The notes under the pieces are model-generated. The model was given only the letters and a program-made list of their open reading frames with translations, was not told the DNA's origin and ran no database searches. Shown in pieces: positions 11,601 to 20,781 of a stretch of DNA of 64,000 nucleotides. Position numbers and translations under genes: made by a program. This DNA is from an uncultured Victivallales bacterium (GTDB lineage: Bacteria; Verrucomicrobiota; Lentisphaeria; Oligosphaerales; JAFGRS01). Location of the stretch: positions 2,476 to 66,475 of the forward strand of contig CAILUI010000291.1 of NCBI GenBank assembly GCA_903837355.1, read 5' to 3'. Positions within the stretch are counted from its first letter, which is position 1, and every line of letters starts with the position of its first letter.

Positions 11601-12683
11601 GAGTACAAACCCGGCGTGGTGGACTTGCAGGCCGATCTCACGGCGCCGCTGCGCTGGTGCCTGTTCGCCGAACCGGCCGCGGTCTACCGCGGCGGGACGC
11701 TGAAGCTGGAGGCGGTCCTCTCCAATCTCGATGCGCTGCGGCCGGGAACCTACCCGGTACGCGTCGCGGTGCTGGCGCCGGATGGTGGCCGGGTGTTTGA
11801 AGAGGCCATCAGCGTCGATGTCGCCGACCCGCAGGCGGCGGGGGAAGCGCCGCTGGTGCGCGGGGTGTTTGCGCGTGAGTTGCCGATCAGCGGCGTCGCC
11901 GGCGAGTATGCCTTCGTGGTCCAGTTCGAGCGTGGCGCAGCGGCCAGCGGCGAGGAGATTCACTTCCGCGTATTCGATCCGGCCGAGATGCCGCCGGTGG
12001 CGCCCGCAGTCACGCTCTGGGGCCGGGATGAAGGGCTGTCTCAGTGGCTTGCCGAGCACGGCATTGCTACCCGCCCCTACGCCGTGGCGGCGGCCGACCG
12101 GCGTGAGGTGATCCTGGTGGGTAACGGCGGCGGCGACGTCGCCGCCTTCCGCGACCTGGCCCAGCGCCTGGCCCGCGGGGCCACGGCCATCTTCCTGTCG
12201 CCGGCGGTGTTCACCCTCGGCGACCGTCCCACGGCTCTGGTGCCCTGCGTCAACAAGGGGACGCTGGGGGCGCTCGACTTCTGCGGCGGCTACTATCGCG
12301 GCGACACCTTCGCCCCGCGCCACCCGGTCTTTGCCGGGCTGCCTGCCGGCGGCGTGCTCGACTACTCGGTCTACCGCAACCTGATCCCCCAGGGCGGCTG
12401 GGCCTGGTGCGGCCTGGAGGCGCCGGCGGAACTGCTCTGTGGCGGCATCCGGGCGCAGTTCGGCTACCAGTCCGGCCTCTTGCTGGCCACCTACCGCCTC
12501 GGCGCCGGCCGCTTCACCCTCAACACCCTGCGGATTCGCGAAAACCTGGGCAGCGACCCCGTCGCCGAGCGCCTCCTGCGCAATCTGCTCAACCACGCCG
12601 GCAGCGAGTTGGGCAAGCCCCTGATGGACATGCCGTCCGCCGATCTCGACAAGCTGCTGGAAACGATCGGATACCAGCCATAG
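8640..12683 (+). CDS. LamG-GH2 glycoside hydrolase, tandem paralogue 1
   Basis: Signal peptide MRVQHVLCVLCSLGSQVFA from ATG 8640. N-terminal Laminin_G_3 module (FTIECWVKPEA...ERWQHVAVVKSAAELRLYVNG). GH2 N-domain (VPWIIQDVFPDYHGVAWYWREF...LRFAAVDYLAEVWLNG). Acid/base motif RDRNHPSIVIWCLLNEI. Putative nucleophile region KIMITEIGTG. About 380-aa C-terminal module shared with the next two genes. Confidence 0.85.
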   Translation: MRVQHVLCVLCSLGSQVFAADAPAPGGSVVVADYPFDGDARDISGSGRDGTLHGKPAFAPGKTGSSIVLDGEHDFVDCGLWPVDLAREFTIECWVKPEAKQNPCADLFGNHYHGALGIALEQAGGNTNQFAAHYGAGEGRWVSTPPVRLVAERWQHVAVVKSAAELRLYVNGILLGAARDSAPMAASPQPFRIGQSLGMDTRCFRGQVGRFRVHRQALSEFREEIAAEDRLETIVGNFGLTVRPGVASRVFDREHPPEVELGYAGPEVPQAVELITASLQCVDLTGRVESLAPVSLSAKDGFKAKVQLALGEGYYRLTVTPTLLAGGVRRALPPSSCSFAVRVGREEVLAASAAATPAPDRGPTSPGAATSAPTRVLSLDGDGWQLAVDPQNVGRQDGWASAARPAAKPTKVPWIIQDVFPDYHGVAWYWREFAAPANPHAEGRTILRFAAVDYLAEVWLNGTPVGGHEGAEDPFELDVTAALRPGAANLLAVRVVSPTHEPIDGIALAATPRSCRTYPVTPGTTYSVGGIVDSVELLSAPAVRIENLYVKPDWRSGRVEIEANLRNAAPGPLRTTLRLTIGPASGGETLDGLTFDRELRSGDTLVRGHVQVAQPRLWNLEDPFLYRVTAQAALTNSPSCDERSTRCGFRDFRYQNDAFRLNGRRLYLQGALILPHYPVGFRLSPRVDTLRRDLQAYKAMGLNTCRIIWGGLRARDLDLFDEMGILVQQEHYGAIQMADTPEMPGRFDASLAGVLRRDRNHPSIVIWCLLNEISAGPQFQHAVESLPLVKYLDDTRVVWLNSGGFDMQLAQGSVSNPGSTGWEYLLGNERPDGPVTSHAMSGGQAEIKADIHPYQPVPHTAVEIERMRTLGARANGRKIMITEIGTGCAVNLPRFARHYEQMGAESADDARYYRDKLEQFLADWQTWDLGRIWPRPEDYFSDSERNMVRLRRETGNALRANPYLAGSYFCALPDSDFNGIGLLNSFREYKPGVVDLQADLTAPLRWCLFAEPAAVYRGGTLKLEAVLSNLDALRPGTYPVRVAVLAPDGGRVFEEAISVDVADPQAAGEAPLVRGVFARELPISGVAGEYAFVVQFERGAAASGEEIHFRVFDPAEMPPVAPAVTLWGRDEGLSQWLAEHGIATRPYAVAAADRREVILVGNGGGDVAAFRDLAQRLARGATAIFLSPAVFTLGDRPTALVPCVNKGTLGALDFCGGYYRGDTFAPRHPVFAGLPAGGVLDYSVYRNLIPQGGWAWCGLEAPAELLCGGIRAQFGYQSGLLLATYRLGAGRFTLNTLRIRENLGSDPVAERLLRNLLNHAGSELGKPLMDMPSADLDKLLETIGYQP

Positions 12684-13237
12684 AGCAGCCGGTAGCCGCA
12701 ACCAAACTGCGAAGCGCCACAGCGACCGCCGCGCTGATCAAGACCTGGCGGTATGGACACACGGCGCAACGGGGGCCGGGCTCCCGATACCAAGCAACCC
12801 TTCGCCGTGTTCATGGCCGAGTGGAGTACGACGGTGACGCGGGCCACCATGGGCGGTTCGGCGGTGGATGGGAAGAGTTCGGCCACCGTCTGGGTATACC
12901 AGTGCCCAGAGGCACGTCTGGTCGGGCGCCACGACGCAACCGGTGGTATCGGCGGTAACACCAGCCGTACCCACGCCCTCTACAAGATAGTGGAGGGTGC
13001 TTCTGCCGACACGTGGTGAAGGCTGGGCCGCTGCCGCGGGATGCGGGTTCCGCTGAAGGCGGGGCTCCTGACTACGGACGTCGCCCCGGCATCGGCCTGC
13101 GCGCCGGATCGGCGGCGCTGGCCTAGAAAAGCCGTGGACCGATGGTATGCTGCGGGGTCGTTCTGATGATGGCCGTTCCCCGCTGTCAACCATGGGCGCA
13201 GGCTCATTGGCGGCGGTGATCATTGATAAAGGGGCGT

Positions 13238-13516
13238 ATGCTGATCACGGTGATCGGTCGAGGGCACGGGGGCACCCGGGCCATGTCGCACACACTGAGT
13301 GCCAGCGGCGTGGACATGGGCGCCCCGCTCAACGAGTCTGGCGATCTGCTGCCACCGGATGATATGTACGAGGCCTGCCGAGTTCCCGGCGCCCACCTGA
13401 CCGATGATCTGGCTGACTTCGGCGTGCCTTACGAGCACACCTTCCCGTGCTTCGCCGATGATGAGTTCTACGACCTCAAGGGCGTCATGCAGGCCGCCGC
13501 CACCGTCGCGCCCTGA
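13238..13516 (+). pseudogene. possible truncated sulfotransferase-like N-terminal fragment
   Basis: 92-codon ORF from ATG 13238. MLITVIGRGHGGTRAMSHTL resembles the N-terminal PAPS-binding loop of sulfotransferase-family proteins, but the ORF stops at roughly one third of the usual length. It sits in an otherwise gene-poor ~950 bp spacer. Weak, recollection-based call. Confidence 0.25.
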
Positions 13517-13632
13517 ATGACGGCTGTCAGCGGACCGCCGCTGGAGCGCGAGCGTCCAGGGGGGCTCTGCACCCAGCGAGTTTCTGGTTTCGCAGGAGGT
13601 CGTTGAGGCCCGCACAGCAGGAGAGCAAGACC

Positions 13633-16600
13633 ATGGCGACTCCACGTTTTCCGGCGACCGTCGGCTTTGCGGTTGGCGGCATCCTGACAGCGCTTGGCGG
13701 TTTGGCGTTCGGCCAGACGTCGAGCTCGGTCGTGTCCCTGGACGGCACCGACTGGCAACTGGCCACGGACCCGCAGAACGTCGGTCGGGAGCAGCAATGG
13801 TACCAGGCGGCCCGTCCCGAGGCGAAACCCACCCGGGTGCCATGGATCATCCAGGCGACCTTTCCAGCCTATCACGGCGTGGTGTGGTACTGGCATGACC
13901 TTGACGCGCCGGTGAACCCACATCCGGGCGGGCGCTCCCTCCTGCGCTTCTGGCAGGTCGACTACCTGGCCGAGGTCTGGCTCAACGGAGTGAAAGTGGG
14001 TGGGCACGAAGGGGGCGAAGGGGTCTTCGTTCTGGACGTGACCGACGCCATCAAGCCCGGCCAGAGGAACCGTCTGGCGGTGCGCGTCCTCAATCCCACG
14101 AATGAGTCGATTGATGGCATCGTGCTCAGCGAGGTCCCCCGGCGCTGCAAGGTGGTCCCGTTCGGGCCGGGCGCCTTGTACAATGACGGTGGCATCGTGG
14201 ATTCCGTCGAACTGCTCCTGGTTCCGGCGGTCTATCTGACGGATCTGCATCTGAGCCCCGATCCGCGGACCGGCGTCATTGCCATCCGCGCCACGGCCCG
14301 CAACACGCTGCCCACGGCGATCCCGGCCCAGTTTGCGTTCGCGGTTGCTTCGGCGTCAGTGGGCGAAACCCTGCAGACCGTCCGTGTGGATCGCGAGCTG
14401 CCGCCCGGCGCGGCGCTCATCGAGACCACCCTGTCGGTGAACCAGCGGCGGCTCTGGGAACTGAACGATCCGTATCTGTACCGGGTCACGGCGCGGGTGC
14501 AGTCCGCCGCCGCCGCTGCCGACGAGCGCTCCAGCCGCTGCGGTTTCCGCGACTTCCGCTTCCAGGACGGCGCTTTCCGACTCAACGGCAAGCGGCTCTT
14601 CCTGAGATCGTCCCACACCGCCACGCACTATCCGCTGGGGCAGCACTGGCCTCACGATCCGGATCTGGCCCGCCGCGATGTCCTCCTGTCCAAGGCGATG
14701 GGCTTCAACGCGATCCGCTTCTTCTGCGCCGTGCCGACGCGCTATCAACTCGACCTCTGCGACGAGGTGGGCTTGCTGGCCTACGAGGAGTGCTACGCGG
14801 GCTGGCTGCTGCAGCCTTCGCCGCAGATGGCCGAACGCTTCGACCGCGCCATCACGGAGATGATCGGACGTGATCGGAATCACCCGAGCGTGGTGATGTG
14901 GGGCCTGCTCAACGAGACGGCCGATGGGCCCGTGTTCCGGCACGCGATCGACACGTTGCCGCTGGTGCGGGCGCTGGACGACACCCGCATGGTGATGCTC
15001 AACAGTGGCCTGTTCACCTTCGTCGACGGGGGTGGAGGCCTGGCGGGCATCGCGATCTGGAAAGGCGACGCTGGCCTGGAACCGAACGTCACCTACAACC
15101 GCACCCAGCGGTCCATTCAGGCCCTCGGCGTCACCTGGGAGCCCGGCCGGCTCGCACTCCACCCTGGCCCCAAGGGCGAGGTCGCCGTGCTGCGCTGGAC
15201 CGCGCCGGCGGCCGGCGAGGTCCTCGTCTCCGCAACCTTCAGCGGCATCGCCCAGCGCGCGACCACCGACGTGCATGTGCTCCACCAGGGCACGTCGCTG
15301 TTTGACGGCCTGATCAATCTGCAGGGGCAAGGCAACGAGGCGGCCTGGGAGAAGGCGGTAGCGGTCCAGGCTGGCGAGACCATCGACTTTGCCGTCGGCT
15401 GGGGCAACGGGCAGTATGGCGGCGATACCACGGCGATCGCCGCTACGATCCGTGCCGGGACTGGCATGGCCCTCGACGCGGCCCGCGAGTTCTCGATCGA
15501 GAAGAACCCGCAAGGCGTCTGGAGCTATGGCTGGTTCGCGGTCGGCGAGGCGCCTGGCGTGGCCAGCTTCCAGGCCTTCAGCAAGGGTGAGGTCGTGGGC
15601 GCAAAGCGCTCCTGGGGCGCCCTGAGCAACCCCGGTTCGAAGGTCTGGGAAGACGTTCTGAGCGACCAGCATCCGTACAAGCGGGTGCCGCATACGGCCG
15701 GCATCATCAACGAGTTGCGCACGGTCAGCGACGGCGGCAAGCCGGTGTTCATCTCGGAGTACGGCATCGGCAGCGGCATCGACCTGGTCCAGTTGGCGCG
15801 GCAGTTCGAGCAACTCGGCGCGGAGCACCTCGAGGACGCCCAGTGGTACCGGCAGCGCCTTGACCAGTTCCTGGTTGATTGGCAGCGCTGGAACCTGGAC
15901 GACACGTTCGCCAGTCCCGAAGACTATCTGGCGCAGTGTGTGGCCAAGATGGGCAAGCAACGGCGCTTGGGGCTGAATGCGATTCGCGCCAATCCCAACG
16001 TGGTCGGCCACAGCCTGACCGGGTTTACGGACTGCGGCGATGCCGGGGAAGGGGTTGTCACCCTGTTTCGCGAGCTGAAACCCGGGGCGGTCGACGCGAT
16101 CGTTGACGGCTGGTCGCCGCTGCGCTGGTGTCTGTTCGCCGAGCCCGTCAACGTCTACCGCGGGATGCCCGTCCGGCTGGAGGCCGTGCTGGCCAACGAG
16201 GATCGTTTGCCGCCCGGAGAGTACCCGGCGCGGGTGCAGGTCGTCGGGCCTGGTGCGACGCGTGTCTTCGACCGTGCGATCACGGTCACCGTTGCCGACC
16301 CGAAGGGCACGCCGGAGCCGCCGCTGGCCAGCCTGGCCTTCGCCGAGGATGTGGTCATCGACGGCCCGCCGGGCCAGTACCGTTTCCTGGTGACGTTCGC
16401 GCGGGGCGCGGCCGCTGCCGGCGGTGAGACGGAGTTCTACGTCGCGGCTCCGGCGGAGTTGCCCAAGCTTGAGAACGAGGTCGTGCTCTGGGGCGACGAC
16501 GCCCAGCTGGCCGGGTGGCTGAAGGCTCACGGCTTGCGGACGCGGCCGTGGGCGGCGGCCGCGCCCACGGGCCGGGAGCTGATCCTGGCGGCCGGCGCGC

Positions 16601-17145
16601 CGCCCGCGCCGGGTGGCGCGGCGGCATTTCGTGTGTTGGCACAACGCCTCGCCCGCGGCTCCGCGGTCGTCTTCCTCTCGCCCGCCGTCTTTGCCAAGGC
16701 TGACCAGCCCGGTGGCTGGCTGCCCCTGGCGAACAAGGGCAGCCTGACCGCCTTGCCATCCTGGCTCTACCACAAGGACGAATGGGCGAAAGCGCATCCG
16801 GTTTTCGCTGGCCTTCCCGCCGGCGGACTGCTGGACTACACGTTCTACCGTGAGATCATCTCCGATGTCGCGTGGACGGGCCAGGACGTGCCCGCAGAAG
16901 TGGTGGCCGGCGCGATCAACACGTCGCTGGGTTATTCGGCCGGTCTGACGGTCTCCGTCCACACCCTCGGCGCTGGCCAGTTCATCCTGAACACACTGCT
17001 GATTCGCGAGAATCTGGGGCGCCACCCGGCGGCGGACCGGCTGCTGCTGAACCTGCTCCGGCATGCCGCTCGCGAGCTGACGCAGCCGCTGGCGGAACTG
17101 CCTGCCGATTTTGGCCAGCAACTCAAAGCGTTCGGCTACGAATGA
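13633..17145 (+). CDS. GH2 glycoside hydrolase, tandem paralogue 2 (with ~200-aa insertion in the catalytic region)
   Basis: AGGAG about 10 nt upstream of ATG 13633. Signal peptide MATPRFPATVGFAVGGILTALGGLAFG. GH2 N-domain (VPWIIQATFPAYHGVVWYWHDL...LRFWQVDYLAEVWLNG). Motifs RDRNHPSVVMWGLLNE and PVFISEYGIGSG. C-terminal module collinear with paralogues 1 and 3. Confidence 0.85.
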   Translation: MATPRFPATVGFAVGGILTALGGLAFGQTSSSVVSLDGTDWQLATDPQNVGREQQWYQAARPEAKPTRVPWIIQATFPAYHGVVWYWHDLDAPVNPHPGGRSLLRFWQVDYLAEVWLNGVKVGGHEGGEGVFVLDVTDAIKPGQRNRLAVRVLNPTNESIDGIVLSEVPRRCKVVPFGPGALYNDGGIVDSVELLLVPAVYLTDLHLSPDPRTGVIAIRATARNTLPTAIPAQFAFAVASASVGETLQTVRVDRELPPGAALIETTLSVNQRRLWELNDPYLYRVTARVQSAAAAADERSSRCGFRDFRFQDGAFRLNGKRLFLRSSHTATHYPLGQHWPHDPDLARRDVLLSKAMGFNAIRFFCAVPTRYQLDLCDEVGLLAYEECYAGWLLQPSPQMAERFDRAITEMIGRDRNHPSVVMWGLLNETADGPVFRHAIDTLPLVRALDDTRMVMLNSGLFTFVDGGGGLAGIAIWKGDAGLEPNVTYNRTQRSIQALGVTWEPGRLALHPGPKGEVAVLRWTAPAAGEVLVSATFSGIAQRATTDVHVLHQGTSLFDGLINLQGQGNEAAWEKAVAVQAGETIDFAVGWGNGQYGGDTTAIAATIRAGTGMALDAAREFSIEKNPQGVWSYGWFAVGEAPGVASFQAFSKGEVVGAKRSWGALSNPGSKVWEDVLSDQHPYKRVPHTAGIINELRTVSDGGKPVFISEYGIGSGIDLVQLARQFEQLGAEHLEDAQWYRQRLDQFLVDWQRWNLDDTFASPEDYLAQCVAKMGKQRRLGLNAIRANPNVVGHSLTGFTDCGDAGEGVVTLFRELKPGAVDAIVDGWSPLRWCLFAEPVNVYRGMPVRLEAVLANEDRLPPGEYPARVQVVGPGATRVFDRAITVTVADPKGTPEPPLASLAFAEDVVIDGPPGQYRFLVTFARGAAAAGGETEFYVAAPAELPKLENEVVLWGDDAQLAGWLKAHGLRTRPWAAAAPTGRELILAAGAPPAPGGAAAFRVLAQRLARGSAVVFLSPAVFAKADQPGGWLPLANKGSLTALPSWLYHKDEWAKAHPVFAGLPAGGLLDYTFYREIISDVAWTGQDVPAEVVAGAINTSLGYSAGLTVSVHTLGAGQFILNTLLIRENLGRHPAADRLLLNLLRHAARELTQPLAELPADFGQQLKAFGYE

Positions 17146-17180
17146 GAGACATGCACGTCAGGCGAAGGTAAGAGCAACCT

Positions 17181-20100
17181 ATGCGAAGGCTTGTTGCGGT
17201 TCTCGCCGCGCTCAGCGGCAGCGGCCTCACACTTGGCGCAGCCCCGACCATTGGGCGGATCATCTCTCTTGACAGCGCGCAAGCCTGGGTCGTCGCTGCC
17301 GATCCTGCGAACGCCGGCAAGCAGGAGAAGTGGTTCGCTGCTCCCCGGCCGGACGCGAAGCCGATCAGGGTTCCGGGGATGATGCAGGAGGTCCTCGGCG
17401 AGTACCATGGCGTGGCGTGGTATTGGCGGACCATCAGTATCGCCGAGAACCCCCATCCGGACGGCCGCTGTATCCTGCGCTTCTGGAGCATCGACTACTA
17501 CGCCGACGTCTACGTCAATGGCCAGTACATCGGCAGCCACGAGGCCGCCGACACCATGTTTGAGCTTGACATCACCACGGCGGTCAGGCCGGATACCCAG
17601 ACCCTCATCGCGGTCAGGGTGATCAACCCCACGGACCAGGACATCGAGGGATTCGTCATCGGGCAGACTCCCGGCAGGAACCGGACCGTGACCTGGGGGC
17701 CTGGCGCGAGCTACAACGCAGGTGGGATCATGGACTCGGCCGAAATCCTGATCACCGCGCCCGTCCGCGTCGAGGACCTCTACGTCAAACCCAACTGGAA
17801 GAGCGGCGTCATCGAGGTTGATGTCAACGTGCGGAACGCGCTCGAGCAGCCCGTGCTTGGCCATGTCGTCGTGGCGGTCGCGACCGCGGCGCGGGGCGAG
17901 ACGATGGACCTGCAGACCAGCGACCAGGACCTCCCCCCGGGCGATACGCTGGTGACGATCAGCGTCAAGGTCAACGACGTCCGGCTGTGGGACCTGAACG
18001 ACCCGTACCTCTACCGGGTGACGGCCAGAGTCGGCTACGGCAGTGCGAGCGCCGTCGACGAAAGGTCGACCCCCTGCGGGTTTCGCGATTTTCGTTTCGA
18101 GGACGGGTACTTCAGGCTGAACGGGAAGCGTATCTTCATCAAGAGCGCCCACTTTGGTGGCGAGGTGCCGGCGACGTACATGGCGCCGTTCGATCTGAGC
18201 CTCGTGCGGAAGGACTTCCTCAACCTGAAGGTAATGGGCTTCAATACCGCCCGCTGCATCTCGGGTCTCGGCCACCGCGCGATCATGGACCTTGCCGACG
18301 AGATCGGGCTGATGGTGTATGACGAGAGCTACGCCGCCTGGTGCATGTCGGCCTCGCCGAAGCTGGGCGAACGCTGGAGGCGGGCCACGGCGGGGATGAT
18401 CCGGCGCGACCGGAACCATCCCTGCGTGACCTTCTGGGGACTGCTTAACGAGACGGCTTACGGCCCCGTCTTTCAGGAGGCGGTCGGTGCGCTTGGTTTC
18501 GTCAAGAGCCTCGACGACACGCGGGTGGTGATGCTGAACAGCGGCCGGTTTGACAACCAGATAGACGAAGGCCCGGTCGAGGCCGGGAAGGTGCTGCTGC
18601 CGCAGGCGTGGACCGCCGGGCGGGGCCTGATGGTGCCCTTTGTCGCCTGCAACCGGAGCGGGGCCGACATCAACCACGATGGCACGATCTTCCCCACGGG
18701 CCTGATCGCCATGCATGTCGGTGCCAACGGCGAGCCCGCGGTGCTGCGTTTCACGGCTCCCGTGGCTGGTCAGTATCAGGTCAAGGGCGCCTTCAGAGGC
18801 ATCGCCGGGCCGCCGGCTCCCGGCCCCATCGCGACGGCCGCGATCCACCTCTTCGCCAAGGGCGAGCGGCTGTTCACCGACACGATCAACGTTGCGGGCC
18901 GGGGCAATGAGACCGCCTACGCAGGCACGGTCGCCCTGCAGCAGGGGCAGACCATTGATCTCCTTTCCGGGTCGGGCGATGAGCGCTTCAACAGCGACAC
19001 GACAGGCATCGAGTTTACCGTTACCGGTCCCGATGGGAAGGTCCACAGTGCCGAGTCGGAGTGGTCGGTCACGAACCAGAATCCGAACGGAGTCTGGGCG
19101 TACGGCTACGTGCCGGAGAACCGCGCGGAGGTGACCACGTTCGCGGCGTTCGGGGGTGCGTTCGACGGCAAGCGGCAGAGCCTCGGGAGCCTCAGCAACC
19201 CCGGTTCCAAGGACTGGGAGGATGTGCTCGCGGACAAGCATCCCTACCAGCCTTGCCCGCATACGGCGGGAGTGATCAACACCCTGCGGACCATCGCTGG
19301 GGGCACAAAGCCGCTGTTCATCTCCGAGTACGGCTTCGGCAGCGCCAACAACTTGGTTCACCTGCTGGGGCACTACGACCAAGTCGGCGTCGCCTACGCC
19401 TTCGACCGGGCCGCGCTCGAGCGCTTGTTGGCGGCGTTTACCAACGACTGGAACCGCTGGGGCCTGGCCGACACCTTCGGCAACATGGAGACCTACTTCC
19501 GTCAGTGCATCGCGTTGGAGGCCGAGGGCAGGCGGATCGGGACGAGCGCCATCCGCGCCAACCCCAATGTCGTTGCCCACAGTCTGACGGCCTGCCATGA
19601 TACGGTCCTCGCTGCCGAAGGCCTGATCACCTCGTTCAGGGAGCCCAAGCCGGGAGTGTCCGACGCCATGTTCGACGCCTGGGCGCCACTCCGCTTCTCC
19701 GTGTTCGCCGAACCGCTGCAGGTCTACAAAGGCGGGAGCGTCCAGGTCGAGGTGGTGCTCGTGAACGAGGACATCCTCCGGCCCGGCACCTACCCGGTTC
19801 GCGTGCAGGTCATCGGCCCGGACGGCCACCGGGCGCTTGACACGGCGTTCGAGGTCGAGGTGCCCGCTCTGGGCGCCAGGCCGGAACCGCCGTTTGCCAA
19901 GCTTGTTTTCAAGCAGGATGTGCGGATCGACGGTCCGATCGGCAAGTACGGTCTCTGCGCTTTCTTCGAGCGCGGCGCGGCGGCGGAGGGCGGTGAGACG
20001 GGGTTCTGGGTCGACGACTCGGCGGCCATGCCCGCGGTGGCGTCGGCCATCACGCTCTGGGGCGATGACCAGAGCCTTGCGGCCTGGCTGGCGTCGAGAG

Positions 20101-20711
20101 GGATCGGAACGGGGCCGTTCGCCGCGAACCAGACCCAACGCGAGGTCATCCTCGTGGGGAACGCGGCTGGCAACGACTTCGCCGAACTGGCGCGGCATCT
20201 CGCCAGGGGGTCGGCGGCCGTCTTCCTCAGTCCGGAAGTCTTCGCCAAGGACGGGAACCCGACGGCCATGCTGCCGCTGCCGAACAAGGGCAGCCTAATC
20301 AGCGTCAACGACTGGCTCTATCAGAACAACGACTGGGCGCGGAACCATCCCGTCTTCGCCGGGTTACCGAGGGGTGTCCTCGACTACTCGTTCTACCGGG
20401 AGATCCTGGGGAACTCCTTCTGGTCCGGTCAGGACGCTCCGGCGGAGATCGCGAGCGGAATGATCAACACCGCGATCGGTTACGCCTCCGGTCTGACGGT
20501 CTGCGCCTACCGGCTCGGCGAGGGCAGGTTCGTGCTCAACTCGCTGGCCATCCGGGACCATCTGTCGGGAACGACCTCGCACCCCGTTGCCGAACGGCTC
20601 CTGCGTAACCTGCTCAACGACGCCGCCCGCGATCTGGACCGGCCCTTGGCCGAGTTGCCCGCTGATTTCGCCCAACACCTCAAAGCGCTCGGTTACGAGC
20701 CGGCCCCATAG
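17181..20711 (+). CDS. GH2 glycoside hydrolase, tandem paralogue 3 (with ~210-aa insertion in the catalytic region)
   Basis: Signal peptide MRRLVAVLAALSGSGLTLGA. GH2 N-domain (YHGVAWYWRTISI...LRFWSIDYYADVYVNG). Motifs RDRNHPCVTFWGLLNE and PLFISEYGFGSA. C-terminal module (LRFSVFAEPLQVYKGGSVQVEVVLVNEDILRPGTYPVRVQV...) collinear with the other paralogues. Confidence 0.85.
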   Translation: MRRLVAVLAALSGSGLTLGAAPTIGRIISLDSAQAWVVAADPANAGKQEKWFAAPRPDAKPIRVPGMMQEVLGEYHGVAWYWRTISIAENPHPDGRCILRFWSIDYYADVYVNGQYIGSHEAADTMFELDITTAVRPDTQTLIAVRVINPTDQDIEGFVIGQTPGRNRTVTWGPGASYNAGGIMDSAEILITAPVRVEDLYVKPNWKSGVIEVDVNVRNALEQPVLGHVVVAVATAARGETMDLQTSDQDLPPGDTLVTISVKVNDVRLWDLNDPYLYRVTARVGYGSASAVDERSTPCGFRDFRFEDGYFRLNGKRIFIKSAHFGGEVPATYMAPFDLSLVRKDFLNLKVMGFNTARCISGLGHRAIMDLADEIGLMVYDESYAAWCMSASPKLGERWRRATAGMIRRDRNHPCVTFWGLLNETAYGPVFQEAVGALGFVKSLDDTRVVMLNSGRFDNQIDEGPVEAGKVLLPQAWTAGRGLMVPFVACNRSGADINHDGTIFPTGLIAMHVGANGEPAVLRFTAPVAGQYQVKGAFRGIAGPPAPGPIATAAIHLFAKGERLFTDTINVAGRGNETAYAGTVALQQGQTIDLLSGSGDERFNSDTTGIEFTVTGPDGKVHSAESEWSVTNQNPNGVWAYGYVPENRAEVTTFAAFGGAFDGKRQSLGSLSNPGSKDWEDVLADKHPYQPCPHTAGVINTLRTIAGGTKPLFISEYGFGSANNLVHLLGHYDQVGVAYAFDRAALERLLAAFTNDWNRWGLADTFGNMETYFRQCIALEAEGRRIGTSAIRANPNVVAHSLTACHDTVLAAEGLITSFREPKPGVSDAMFDAWAPLRFSVFAEPLQVYKGGSVQVEVVLVNEDILRPGTYPVRVQVIGPDGHRALDTAFEVEVPALGARPEPPFAKLVFKQDVRIDGPIGKYGLCAFFERGAAAEGGETGFWVDDSAAMPAVASAITLWGDDQSLAAWLASRGIGTGPFAANQTQREVILVGNAAGNDFAELARHLARGSAAVFLSPEVFAKDGNPTAMLPLPNKGSLISVNDWLYQNNDWARNHPVFAGLPRGVLDYSFYREILGNSFWSGQDAPAEIASGMINTAIGYASGLTVCAYRLGEGRFVLNSLAIRDHLSGTTSHPVAERLLRNLLNDAARDLDRPLAELPADFAQHLKALGYEPAP

Positions 20712-20781
20712 CTCCCAACGCTCCGGGTTACGGAATGACACCCGTGGCCCGGACCAACCCGTTCACGGAGGAGTTCTCGCC

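Noticed and set aside
12753-13019. 88-aa ORF (and overlapping minus-strand ORFs 12491..12961 and 12738..13223) in the spacer after GH2 paralogue 1.
   Set aside because: No recognisable motifs, no ribosome-binding site and mutually overlapping frames. Treated as non-coding or decayed sequence.
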